Part shown: positions 32,930-46,100 of the stretch, in pieces
How positions within the stretch are numbered: position 1 is the stretch's first letter
Layout of the letters: each line of letters starts with the position of its first letter
DNA from: the human T2T-CHM13v2.0 reference genome, Homo sapiens
NCBI RefSeq assembly: GCF_009914755.1
Contig: NC_060925.1
Length of the DNA: 64,000 bases
Strand: one strand, 5' to 3'
Translations under genes and position numbers: made by a program
The notes under the pieces: model-generated
What the model saw: only the letters and a program-made list of their open reading frames with translations
What the model was told of the DNA's origin: nothing
Database searches by the model: none

Positions 32930-33882
32930 CAATTTAATTTTTCTCCAAAAATCTGCTCCTCCTCCTGCATTGCCCAACGAAATAAATGGCAACAACATCC
33001 ACCCGATACTTGAAGTCATGAAACCTGACAGTACACTTCTGTATCCTAGATCTTTCCCCTGTCCATGATCTGATCTTGTCCACTGTACTTTCTTAGTATC
33101 TCTAGAATGGCTCTATTTATTTCCAGCCTACTTCACTGTCTACATAAAGAACAGCATCTTCTTTCTGCCACCTGCCTCTGGGCAGTCTCCTTGCTTCTAG
33201 AATACCCTGTCGCAGCCATTCTCCACACTGACCTCAGAGCTGGTATTTCTAAAATGCAAATCTGATTGTGTCACTCCCCAGCTTTCAGCACTTCAAAGGC
33301 TCCCTATCACCTTCAGACTAAAGTCTCACCCCTTTGTTATGACTTATAGGGCACATTAGGACCTGGTCCACTCTGGAGGATAACTGCCATAAAGACAGAG
33401 ATTTTTGTATATTTTGTCCATTGCTGTATTGCTGAGACCAGCACAGAGCCTGGTCCATTTTCAGCATTCCATAAATGGCTGTTAAGCCAGTGGTCCTTAC
33501 TTATCTCCTGGCTCACTCATATAGTTCTTCCTCTTCCTCCCATGCTCTTCTCCAAGGAGCACTCAGGCTCCCTCTGGCTGGAATGCACTTCCTCCAGTTT
33601 TGCCTATGGCTGGCTTATCTCATCCTTCAAGTCTCAGCTCAAATGTCACCTCCTAACAGAAGCAGGTCTTCCTTACTTATCTGATCTAAAGTAGCCCCAC
33701 CAGACCCAGTAGCTCTCTTCTCATGACCCCCTTTATAGCTTTCTTAGCATATCTCATCTATTTGCCTTTTTTAAAATTTGTTGCCTGTTTATTTTCCCCT
33801 TCTGGAATGTAAGCTCCTTGGGGGAATATCTGTCTGGTTTTTGCCTGACAACATAGTAGCCACCCAATAGATAAATGAATGA
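32930..33882 (+). mobile_element. L2 fragments
   Basis: attctccacactg...aaatgcaaatctgattgtgtcactcc...tctcagctcaaatgtcacctcct...aaatgaatga. Confidence 0.65.
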
Positions 33883-34051
33883 GTCCCTGCTGGTTCCAAT
33901 ACCCTCTTCCTTCATTTATAGGATGGACTATACTTTCTAGTCTAAGTGATCCACATGCAACTTCTGATTTTAGAGGTCATTATTGGCTCTTCTTACCTTA
34001 CTATCCATTACCAGGTGATCAAGGTATGAATGAGATTTCATTATTAAACAT

Positions 34052-34709
34052 TGATATAGGAGTTAAAAAGAAATTATTTCATCAGATAATAAGGGTACAG
34101 GAGTCCTTAGTAAGGTTTTCCTTTTAATGAAAAGAAGTCCCCAAATTATTTTCTTTTCTAACAAATAGGAGCCTCTAAAATCAAGCTGCAGACATAGAAA
34201 CGCAGGCTAGAAGCTTGCACAGGTGATTGCTGGCAGTTGTGCCAACAGGAAAGAGGGGATAGACATGACCAACATGGTGGCTCCATCCTCCGTTCTCTTT
34301 GCCAACTAGGTGTGCAGTCAGGAGCAGACAGCATGGCCCAGGCCAGCAAAGACCCCATTTGCATAATAGGATTATGGCGGGGTGACCAGCTTCCCCACTT
34401 CCCCCTGCCCCCTACCCCACCCCCATGCTATGTAAATGTCACACCTGGTCCAACCAATCTTTGGGCCCTATGTAAATCAGACACCACCTCCTTGAGCTTG
34501 TCTATAAAATCCTGTGCAATCTGCTGTGGGCTGGAAGTCCCACTTGGGCACCCCTGTCTCTCCCAGGAGAGAAAGCTGTTCTCCTTTCTCTTTCTTTCGC
34601 TGATTAAACCTCTGCTGTTAACCTCACTTCACCTGTATCGGTGTCCTTGATTTCCTTGGCATGAGGCAATGAACCTTGGGTATTTACCCCAGACAACAGG
34701 GCCACTTCA
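34052..34709 (+). mobile_element. MER50-like ERV1 solo LTR
   Basis: TGatataggagttaaaaagaaatt start, tataaaa box, attaaa signal, ...gggtatttaccccagacaacagggccacttCA end. Confidence 0.8.
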
Positions 34710-35158
34710 ATATCACTTTTAATTACCTTGAATTTTTTACTGATATGACTTTTCTCTTTTACCATACCCTTCTCCTAAAATACCAAATAAACTTTTACCC
34801 TAAATACCACACAGTGTAATGAAATTAAAATGTCAACAACATGAAAAAGAAGCAGTATTTTAATAAACCATGACATGTTTTGCCAAAATTTTGAACTAAC
34901 TGGGTAATTTTTAACAAATCCAAAATCAATTTAGAAGGGAGCTGGGAAGCAGTCCCTGTCCACACCCGTTGCTGGAGGCGGAGTAGGATGGCCTCATTGT
35001 CCTCACCCCACCCTGCCATGTTTGGATTTGACTCTTTTGATCACAAGGAACAGAGATTCACTCTAGTTGCCTCAGGAAACGAAAGTTTATTGTGAGAATC
35101 TGCATGGTAATAAAGAAAATGGGAATGTCATCCAGGAAGCTAGCCTTCAGTGCAATTA

Positions 35159-35161
<3 letters not shown>

Positions 35162-35191
<30 letters not shown>
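35162..35191. repeat. (CA)n microsatellite
   Basis: Directly visible. Confidence 0.9.
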
Positions 35192-35193
<2 letters not shown>

Positions 35194-35220
35194 CCAGGCT
35201 CCCATGAGAAAAACTGAAAT

Positions 35221-35507
35221 GGTTGTTCTTGGTGGCTCACGCCAGTAATCCCAACACTTTGGGAGCCTGCAGCAGGAGGATTCCTTGAGCCCAGGATATT
35301 GAGACTAGCCTGGGCAACATAGGGAGACTCTATCTCTACAAAAAACAATTAAAATTTAGCCAGGTGTGGGGTTGTGCACCTGTGTTCCAGCTACTCAGGA
35401 GGCTGAGGTGGGAGGATCTCTTGAGCCTAGGAAGTCGAGGCTGCAGTGAGCCGCAATACACTACTGCACTCCAGCTTGGGCAAAAGAGCAAGACCCTGTC
35501 TCAAAAA

Positions 35508-35539
<32 letters not shown>

Positions 35540-35542
35540 AAA
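35221..35542 (+). mobile_element. AluJ
   Basis: Dimer with J-type features and (TAAA)n tail. Confidence 0.9.
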
Positions 35543-36129
35543 GGATTCTTCTGAATCCAAACCAATTCAAGGGATTTCAGAAGAAAAGTTTCTGAATTCT
35601 CCTTCTAAGGCTCTCCCTTCACCACTCTGCCACCTTGCTACTCTGCTTTTCTGCTTCTCTTCGTGTTAGTCTACCTCTCTCCCACTACAAGTTACTGAAT
35701 CACTCACTTCTCTCCCTTTCTTAGTAGCTTCTGCCTGTTTATTGGTTTAGCTTCCCCATAACCTTACTTTGCTCAGACACCTCATGACTTGCAACTCTAC
35801 ATGAGTCCACTTTCTGTATTTCTTCATCTTCAGTTCCCTTTTATTGCCAGAATTTTTCCTGCTTTCCAATTACACTTCCTAAGAGTGATGCTCTGACGAG
35901 GCAGCTCTTTCTGATTGGTCAGAGCATCTCAGTTGCTTAGGAACAGTAGCCTTCAGGCTAGTGCTTCCCTGTCTTTACTCAGCTGTGTCTGGGTGTATAG
36001 AGACACAAGGTGAGGACCACCCCAGCAGCAGGAGCTGAGATTGGGGCAGTATCCCTTAGAAGAAGGCAATGAACAGGCATGAATCATGGTTTACATGTTC
36101 AATAGTTAGCACTTAGCACTGATGCATTT

Positions 36130-36281
36130 GTTTAATGTTTTGACAAGTGTATTATGTTATAATTAGCTTCCTTTGTAATCTCATGTGCTTTATTGTATGC
36201 CTGTAAAATTGTTCTGAGAAGGCTTCCACAGGCTTCACCAAACTGCCAAAAAAGTCCATGGCACAAAATAAATTATTTCCT
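36130..36281. mobile_element. hAT-Charlie fragment (Charlie4z-like)
   Basis: ctgagaaggcttccacaggcttcaccaaactgccaaaaagtccatggcacaaaa. Confidence 0.5.
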
Positions 36282-38009
36282 GCCCCACGCTCAGGTCTCC
36301 TTGAAGGCATGGATTGGGTCTCATTCTCTGCTGAGGCTTTAGGGTCCAGCACAATGCCTAGCATGGAATAGGCAAGAAAACATTGGTGGAAATAATGAAT
36401 ACTTAAATTCCTAGCATCTAAACTGTGACTGGCCCATGGAAGGCACTCAGTAGAAGTTTCTAAATGAAGAACTAAACTTCCGAAGCCCCCACTGGCTGGC
36501 CCACGGTCTCCCTCCTCAAGTCCCATTGAGTGGACTCTGCATTCCAGCAGACTGAAGCAAGGAGTCATTTATCAAGTAGGCTGGTACACTATCAACAACC
36601 AATTTTTACAACAATACAAAATCCTCTGTCGCTCATAAATTACTTCAAGATAAACACCAGGCCTTAAAATGAAGTGCTGCCAGATTAATGAACAGTTCCA
36701 GAATCTAATGAGCGGTTTCTAATGTCTGGAGGGCCTCCTTTATGGGGAGTTTGCCAGGACTGGGAATGGGCCTATGATTTAGCCATCCGTCTTCCAGGCC
36801 CTACACAGCACGTGTTTTCAAGCCAGCTGGTGGGAGTTAGTGAGGCAATCTGAGGACTTGGACAGATTGCTTTGTGTGCCGAGTTAACTGGCTCATATAG
36901 AGACTGAACCTGTGAGCCTGATTTCCTTAGCCCCATAGCTTAACCAGCTGAGCTTATCATCTTGACCACCTGAATGGATTCAGAGCGTCCCAGGAAAGGA
37001 ACATAGTACAAAAGAGATGCACAGGAAGTCATGGTGATTCAAAACTCAGCAGAGAGAGAATGTTTGGATAACACCCTTAATACTTCACTTCCTGCCCACA
37101 AGAATGGCAAGGGCTTCAAAGTGACCACCTCCTTCCTTGCTCCACCCAAACCCTGACCCTTGATGTATGACAGCAAAGAGCGATGAAGGTCATGTCCCCA
37201 AGTATCTTGCAAGATTGCTGGCAGGGACACTAAGAAGAACTCATCCAGATTTTTTGCCACGATATTTTTTGCCACAATAGTTTGAGTTTTCTTTTGCCAA
37301 CTTTACATGAGCTTTGCTTTTGATCCACCCCAAATATAGGAAGATCAGGGTTCACATCCTTCTCTCCCTCCCCAGGAAGGACCTTCCTGGCTGGCTGCAG
37401 GGACTGTCCAGGACTCTGATGTGCTCCCAGGGAGGGGAATTTATAGGGGGGTTAGCATGAATCAGAAACAGTACTGGGCATTTCACATCTGTTATCTAAT
37501 TTGCAGAGATGAATGTTTAAAGACAGTCTGAAGCACCTTCCCTCTAACCTGCCTTCAGAGTTTGTTTTTAAAAGTTAAAGAATACTACCAAGCATCATAC
37601 CCATTACACGAGTCCTCTATGTATATGTGTTGGACACATTGGAAAGTCAAAAGAATGAGTAATAGAATAAGACATAGGCTACATAATTCTGACTAGGGAT
37701 TGATTTATCAGGCTAATCCATTGTCACTCTTGTCATCCAAGAAAAATGTCCACTGGGATACTGTGATTTTAAGGTTTTATTTCTTGATATATTTGTGCCA
37801 GGAATATACTTAAAACCACTGGAAACATAATAAATTTTCAGGTGGACAGGAGTAAATGAGAGTTGTGGGAACCATGCCACCAGCGAGATATCATCACATG
37901 CAGTGACAAGAGGGCACCAGGTAGGATGACCATAATTCCCAATCTGCCCAGAACTGCCCTGGCTTACTCATAGTGTCCCCTTTCATTCTCAAATGTGTCC
38001 CAGTTTGCA

Positions 38010-39065
38010 TGTTCACAGGTCAGAAGACTCAATAGTGTCAAGATGGCAACTCTCTCCAAATTAATCTGTAGAATCAACAAAATGTCAGTCAAAATCCCAG
38101 CAGGTTTTTCTATAGAAACTATCAAACTGACTCTAAAATTCATGACTATGTGAAGAACCAAGAAGACCTGAAGCAACTTTGAAAAGGAACATAATTGGAA
38201 GACTGAAACTATCTTGGTGCAGATTTATTATAAACATAGTAATCAGCACAGTGTAGTATTGATGGAAACGAAACAAACCAAAATAATCAATGGAACAGAA
38301 TGGAAAGTGCAGAAGCAGACCCATGCATATGTGGACAATTGACTTTTGACAAAAGTGTAAAAGCCATCTAGTAGAGAAATAATAATCTTTTCAACAAATG
38401 GTGCTGGGACTAGGTGCTGTGGCTCACACCTGTAATCCCAGTGCTTTGGGATGCCAAGGTGGGAGGATCACTTGATGCCAGGAGTTCAAAACCAGCCTAG
38501 GCAACACAGCAAGACCTCCCCTCTAAAAAATATATATATATATATATTCTTAATTAGCTGGGCATGGTGACACCCACATGTAGTCCTAGCTATTTGGGAG
38601 GCTCAGGCAGGAGGATTGCTTGAGCCTGGGATTTCAAGGTTGCAGTGAACCATGATCATACCCATGCTACTGCACTCCACCGTGGGTGACAGAGCAAGAC
38701 CCTGTCTCTTAAAAAAAAAAATAATGCTGGAACCATTGAATATTCATATGTAAAAAAATTAACTTTGATTTATGGCACCAAACTGTATGCAAAACTTTAT
38801 TCAAAATGGATGGTAGACTTCAGGGTAAACCTAAAACCATAAAGCTTCTGGGAGAAAACCTTTCAATTAGCCATAAAAGAACAAATTAATAAATCAGATT
38901 TCACCAAAACTTTAAGATTTTGCTCTGTGAAAGGCTTGCTAAAGAATGAAAAGTGAAGCCACAGACTAAGAGAAAATATTTACAAAACATGTATCTGATA
39001 AGCAACATGTTATCGAGGACATATAAAGAACTCTCAAAACATAAGAAAACAAGCAGAGAAAAGAA
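38010..39065 (+). mobile_element. Old L1M ORF2 fragment interrupted by AluJ
   Basis: gaagactcaatagtgtcaagatggcaactctctccaaattaatc...cttttcaacaaatggtgctgg. Confidence 0.8.
38407..38723 (+). mobile_element. AluJ
   Basis: Dimer with a (TA)n-expanded linker. Confidence 0.9.
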
Positions 39066-39871
39066 AGGACTTGCCAAGGTTTTCGTATGAGTGAACAGCA
39101 AACCTGGGATCATCCTGCATCTCCTGACTCCCAAGCCCCAGCCCCATTCTCCCTGCCAGGAAGCCCTTTGTCAGAGTCAACGCGGAACATGGGTGGTGCA
39201 GTAAGAAATCACCCAAATCTTACTTTAAATCCTGGTGCCACCACTTACTGGCCTTTGGAGCACTTGTATGACTTCTTGGTTTTCTCATTGGAATATTGGG
39301 AAGGTAATTTTTTAAGTGCCCTTGTTTAGATGATAAATTATAAGGTCTCTTTGCCATTATATGACCCTTGGGGTATAGGAGATCACCAAAAAGGAGCAGA
39401 GGGCACTAAAAGGAGAGGTGGAGAACCACAAACGACATGCTTTACTCCTTCAGTACTGCACCCAGCCTGGACTCTGAGCCCTGTGTTGCAGTTACAAGGA
39501 GCCACAGCTACTTGTCAACCTGTCCAATTACACTTCTGGAATCCCAATAAGAAGTGCTTATAAATACAGGGCTCCAATTACCACAGGTCTCATGTTGGCT
39601 GCCCAGGAAGTGCTTGCTTTAGAACACCTTTGGGAATCCCTCTCCCCAAGATTTCAGGTAGCCAATACTTTCACAGTAGGATCCAGACTTTATGTGCTTA
39701 AATGCATAGCATAGGAGAAAATCTTTCTGGCATCTCAGGGATTCTCCTTTCCCCTCACTTGTATTCTTTCACTTCCTTCATTCCAGCTACCTAAGCAGTT
39801 CTCCAAGTGCAGATAGTGAAGGAAGAGGCCTCCCTAGGGCCCCCTCCCTAATCTGTATGAAGTTTTTTTGT

Positions 39872-39886
39872 CTCTCTCTCTCTCTT

Positions 39887-39932
<46 letters not shown>
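39872..39932. repeat. compound (CT)n(CA)n microsatellite
   Basis: Directly visible. Confidence 0.92.
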
Positions 39933-39933
<1 letters not shown>

Positions 39934-39984
39934 GATAACTATCTAGATAACCTTCTAACCTTCTCTTTCAGTTTGTGGTTTCCC

Positions 39985-40262
39985 CCATACATGTGGTTTC
40001 CAAAGACATGGATTCAAGTGCAAATAGTTAATTTTAGAGAGAACCCCAAGAAACACTGTTGGGGGAGTCAGGAAATGGGAAAATGAGACAGAGAAGGGGA
40101 GATAGCAATAAAGGTAGTTACCACTGTGGATAATTGGAATTTAATCCAAATGACATCTCTGGGAGCCAGTGTAGAAAATGCATCTCAGGGCCATCTCACC
40201 AGAGCAGTGAGGGATCTGAGGTATTTATATACCAACTCCCTGAGTCATTGGTTGAGTCAATG
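39985..40262 (-). mobile_element. LTR33-like ERVL LTR fragment
   Basis: ggattcaagtgcaaatagtt...gtatttatataccaactcc...tcattggttgag resembles antisense LTR33. Confidence 0.5.
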
Positions 40263-40789
40263 CTGCCTTTGACAAGCTTAGTCCAGTTGAGAGCCAGAAA
40301 TTTAAACAGCTTAAACTCCTCCGTGGCTGCTATATGTCTTATTAAAATTTGAACCCCAGCATAACATAGCATAGTTCCCTGCTACTGAGAGCCTCTTATG
40401 TTGGAGCCAAAGCAATCTCTGGCTTATCAAGATGGACTTCAGGAAAACGGCAATTGGAAATTGACCAGTCTGCACTGAAGTGGCAAGAGTGAGCAGGGAA
40501 CACCAAGTTACTTTTTCATGGAATTACAGCACCATTTAGCAAGCACTGAATAACATACTTAGTGTGGCATGCTCACCAAATACTCATAGGCTTACCTATA
40601 TTTGATGACCGAAAGTCTGAACTGAAGAAACACGGATCATTTCCAACTCAAAGCACTTATGAGTCTGTATGCAACCTTTGTACCCTCTCTTCGCATAATA
40701 CAGCAACTCAAAAGCTGCATGTTCTAGATTGGGTATATACAGGATGCAATCAGGCTAGATCCTTAAGTTGCCACTGGGAAAGAAGCTGA

Positions 40790-40910
40790 CCTGGAAAGCT
40801 GCAGGACCCAGAGCCAACTTCGTGCAAAAGAGAAATAAACCTACGTATGCTCAGGTGCTGAGATTTTCAGATTTGTTTGTTACTGCAGCAAAGCTTAACC
40901 TAACCTGCCT
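40790..40910 (+). mobile_element. MLT1 LTR 3' end
   Basis: gagaaataaacct...ctgagattttcagatttgtttgttactgcagca. Confidence 0.5.
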
Positions 40911-41493
40911 CTTATAGTTAGAACCTTTGTCCTGATTTCAATTTTATGTATTCATTCAACAAATAATTATTAAAAGCCCTGTATATTCTTGATGCTGAGG
41001 ATACAGTGGTGAACAAAAGAATAAAAAGTTTCTGCCTCTATGGGATATAATATGTACTAATAGCAAGGCAGTCTTGCCAATAAGGGAAAGGTTTATTCCT
41101 CCTCATAGTAACTGTAAGAGACACAATGGTAAATAAGCAGCCCAGAGGGGGAAATGTTCTATTTTGATAGAAGGAAAATGGTCAGTTGTTAGGTGTGAGC
41201 AAAGTTGTTAGAGAAAAGGAAAGAAAAATATCAATGCAAACTTCTTGTTGTACATCATTTCAATACTCGTTGAGTACCAATTATAGGCCAGGGTTTATGC
41301 TAGATGCCAGGGATTGGGAAGTAAAGAAGAATAATGCTATGCTAGAGAAGCTGAGTCTAGTGAGAGGAGAGAAATGTAAATCAAGCATAAATTATTTGAC
41401 GGCTTCTCTGTCTCTTAATTAACCTTTGAATCTCAGACTGTCACAGGATAGATGCCCAATAAGTATTTATAGAATATACTAATAACTGCACTA

Positions 41494-41834
<341 letters not shown>

Positions 41835-43062
41835 GTTAGCCCATACCCCTACACGCCTTCATACTCTCACCTACTCAGCCTTTGCAAATCAATGCCTAAG
41901 GAAGAGACTTCCTATATTACTCCCAGAGTGCATGGTACAGGGCTCAGCAATGAGCAGTCAACTGAAAGATTGAGCTCTGTGGAAGTACAAAGCCCTAACA
42001 GCTGTTGAGAGTTTAACTTGAATAATCCATAAGGTGGGATGTTAACTCTAGGGACCAAAATAAAGTCAACCACCTTCCACTTGAAGCATATCCAGTCTAC
42101 ATAGATCACTGCAAGTCCCTGAAGTCTGTGTCAAGGACTTGTGAACATTTCAAGAAACGTCAATACCTCTAGCACTGCCCCTATTTTAAAGAGAAGTAAA
42201 GGCAGTATATACATCCAGAAAATATCCAGAAAATAAGTCAAACCAGTGCATTTGTTAAGTCCTGGGGTCTCCTGTGGCCATATTCTCACCTCCAGTTCTG
42301 TTCTCAGTCTTCTCGATCCCTCTGTGCTGCTGGGACTCTCTTGGTTTCTCTAATAAGTAAGTAGATCTTTGGGAATGTCCTTGGCAGATTCTGCTTTGGA
42401 GAAATTAACAAACTAAATCAAACTGACAAAACATTTAACAACATAACTTAAAGCAAGGTTGTTCTTTCCCTAAGAACAGGGCACCCTCAGCCTCTTCAGG
42501 TTTCTAGGTAATATTAGAGGTTCAGAGAATCTCTAGCCTGCAAGCTACCATTTGTGGGGTCTATGGAGAAAATAGAGCACTGATTTCTATACCCAGCTGG
42601 ACCCGCTTCTTCACCCAATTGGTCTTCAGTGTGTCCCCTCCTGCTCATCCCTCACTCCCTGGCCCCCACTGTTCCATGATAACTGATAAACTGCCAGTGT
42701 ATTCATACTATTTAAAACAGAGAGTATCTAAAAAGATCACTACAACTTACCAGCCCCTTTTATCCTTGGGCAAATTCCTCTTACTTAGCTAACTGCTTTG
42801 TCTGGCCAGAAACAGCTTTGTGAAATATAATCCAAGGTACCATGAAGTTTTATAATCTCTTTCCATTAGATATACAGCCTACCCTATATCTAACCCCAAC
42901 AGTTGGAAATGATATTAACTGACCTCTGATAAGTATCAGAAACCAGTTGCTTCTCACTACTAATCATCTATTTTTGGAACTGAATGCAAAGGAAACATAT
43001 GCTCAGTCATGACTGTGACTCTTTAAAACAAAGTCTGTTCATCTTTCATCTTCCCGCATTGC

Positions 43063-43069
<7 letters not shown>

Positions 43070-43110
<41 letters not shown>
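43070..43110. repeat. Pure T41 homopolymer
   Basis: Directly visible; no adjacent Alu or L1. Confidence 0.95.
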
Positions 43111-43113
<3 letters not shown>

Positions 43114-46100
43114 CACCTACCCTGACCCATCACTTTACCCCTGAAAATTTCAAAAAAAAACATGGGTGGGGGGATTGTTTTTCTTTTCTTCATCCCTTCC
43201 CCACCCCAAATCCTTATCCCTGTACAACAGCAAACCACATCTTACCTATGTGGAATGCAGAAGAAATGTTTTCCTTTTGATATTAAAAAGTCCTCCCACC
43301 AACTAGGTAAACATTGGCCACATCACAGAGCTGGTATGTTATTGCAGAGCAGAGGGGAGCACAAACCCAGAGTTTTTTCAGGGTCGTGTCGAAAGGAATC
43401 TCAGGCTTTGGCTGCAACTCCAGGGAAGAGATGAAAACACTGTGTACACGTGTCAGAATGCCAACTGCAATGGCATGCATGGATTGCTACAGTGACAAGG
43501 ATTTGATTGAACAATGGGATCTTCTTCACAAGTAGTTTTTGGGATTCCCTCTCCTCTTCCAAGACAGGATCCTGGCTGAGATCAAACACTGTATTCTTGG
43601 AGGTTCCAGCAACAACAGGTCGACTTTTGAACAGTGCTGTCAACAGGGCATCATTGCAATCCAGTGCTTTGAGAATTGCTGAACAAAAGCAAAGTGTCAG
43701 ACTGTGTCACAGGGATCAATCAGTCAAGGACACATCTTCCCCATGTCCTTAGGGGTATGACATTCTCAACTACCACTGTAAAGCAGAAAAGTGGGACCAG
43801 AGAAAATTTAAGTGATTATTCTCATTGCACCCAGGTTTCAATATGGACAATTTGTGATGATCTGAGATGAAGTTGTGACGTTGTGAAATGCACCATTGAG
43901 CTAATGCAGTTGCACTCCAAGGCTTCACAGAGGGAATGTGGCATGCTGGTCCCATTCTGTGTTTGATTTGCTTGATGGTAATAGGAGAGTTATTTCAACT
44001 CTCTTTCTCCATTTCTCCATCCCTTAGGAAAAAAAGATCATTTTAATCCTTCAATAGAGCATCCAAGAGGATTAAGAAATAATAAGGTCTCTATGTGAAA
44101 AGTCCTCCATTGTACCCATAGAGATTTCATCGATTATTAATAAAAACACCCCAAGGCTTCCATTTTTCCTTGGATTCTGAGTATGTGGTTACTTTTGTTC
44201 ATGGCATCCAATGGTAAGTTAATTTTATTAAGAACATTTTTAGAAAGCTACAATGTCAGAAGTTGACACTACTCTCTTTCCAGTCCTCTATTCTTGGTAA
44301 CATCATTAAACATCAGCTGGCCCCAAAGGCAAGTTGCACCTTTTTTTAATCTAACAGCCATTCTGTGGATAGCATTTGTTTTCCATTGCTGCCAAGGAGA
44401 CAATCTGGCTCTCATTTCCTTTGAAGAAGAGCCCATTATGATGAGTCAGGTCTACACTGGGAATAATTAGGTCAAATAAATGAGCCCTTCCAGCTGCCTA
44501 TAGCATCACTCAACACCCCCCTGTTGCAGATGCAGGAGACATTTCTGGAGCAAAAGCAGAGTTTATCTGTTGTGAGTTACCCCTTCCACTTGCCCAAGGG
44601 ATGCTATCAAAACATATGCAAGGTAATTATGGCTCCTCTCTTTGCATCTGGAAAAGTGAAAACTGATCCATAAAATCGCATGGAGATCTCATCGTCTTTC
44701 TGCCCTACCAGAGAAGGCTCCTGCAGCATGAGGAAATAAGAACCAGCTGACAAGCTCGGGCAAGACTCCTGCCTTGTGTCACATTTGCCCTCATGGTCTC
44801 CCAGCCACCTTATCCTCAGTTGTCATGTCCACTGGCAGGAGAAAAATGAAATTCAATGATGTTGGAGTCATGTACCAGTCCTTTTTAGTATTCCACTTGA
44901 GCCGATATCTGCAGCTCATCACTCAGGCAAGCATCTGGCCCAGCCACCTCCACAACTCACACTCTCAGGCAGTTTTCTTTTGTGTTCAACATCTCATATA
45001 CACAATAGGAGACTAATCTGGGGCTGAATTAGAAATACAAACTGCTATCCAAGTTAAAGATCTCCCCTGCGCCGATCTGGGTACCAGAAAGTGGAAAATG
45101 AAGATTAAAAACCATATATAGAAAAAGCCTTTCATCCAAGAGTCTCATTACTCAGAGAGAAAAAAGAATCTTCAGTTTTGTTTCTCTCTCTCAACTTTAT
45201 CAAACCATTTAAAGATTGCTATAATGTAGGAACCCTCATGAGTTGCACCACCGAATTCCACAACCTGGAATTTTATACCTTACATTAACATGGGTCACTG
45301 ACCTCCTCAAAGGGGCTGATGATGCATTTCAGGCTGGCCAGATCATGTGCCTTTCCCAAGGAATATGTGGTCTTCAAGATCCCATCACTTAACTTTCTAA
45401 ATCTAAATCACCATTTGAAGCCTCTCGTGCAAGTGGTTTGTCTTGAGTTGTGTTTGCTTTGCTTGCCCAAGGGGTTTTATTACTCTGGGTTACTCTAGCT
45501 CCAAAGGAAATGAGAATATCAATATCTACACTCTGTCTTTTAAAAAAAATTAGAGGAATTTGGCCTACATTGCAGTAGTAACTCAGAACAAAAGACTGCT
45601 CACCAATCCTTGCTTCCAAGCTGCCTACCCTATAGTGATCACCACATCTCACATCTACCAGGAGGTAAATGATGCCTCAGTAGAACCTCAGGAAGGAGAG
45701 GACAGCTGTGAACCTCAAAAATGAGCATATTTGCAAACATTCTGGGGCAGTAGCCTATCAAACAAAGTTTATCACAAAATAGCTTTAATTCAGTCATTGT
45801 TGAGTGACTGCTGAATGCAAAGCACTTTTACCATACCTGTTCCACCCTCACTTGTGAGCATCAGCCTTGCTGTCCTTCAGTTTTACAGTAAACCCTGCAT
45901 CCAGAGGCCTCCCCTCCTCAGACACCATCGTAATTCCTAGTTATGGGAGATAAGGAAGGCTTTCCTTATGGGGCTCAATTTAAACTCTCAATGCTGGCTC
46001 ACAGACCAGCCCCTACAGATTCCCCTATCTTACCTTCCTCTGACGTGAAATCTTCCAGGTGTAGGTTAAGGAGCCCTAATCCCACATTGCCTATGGATTA

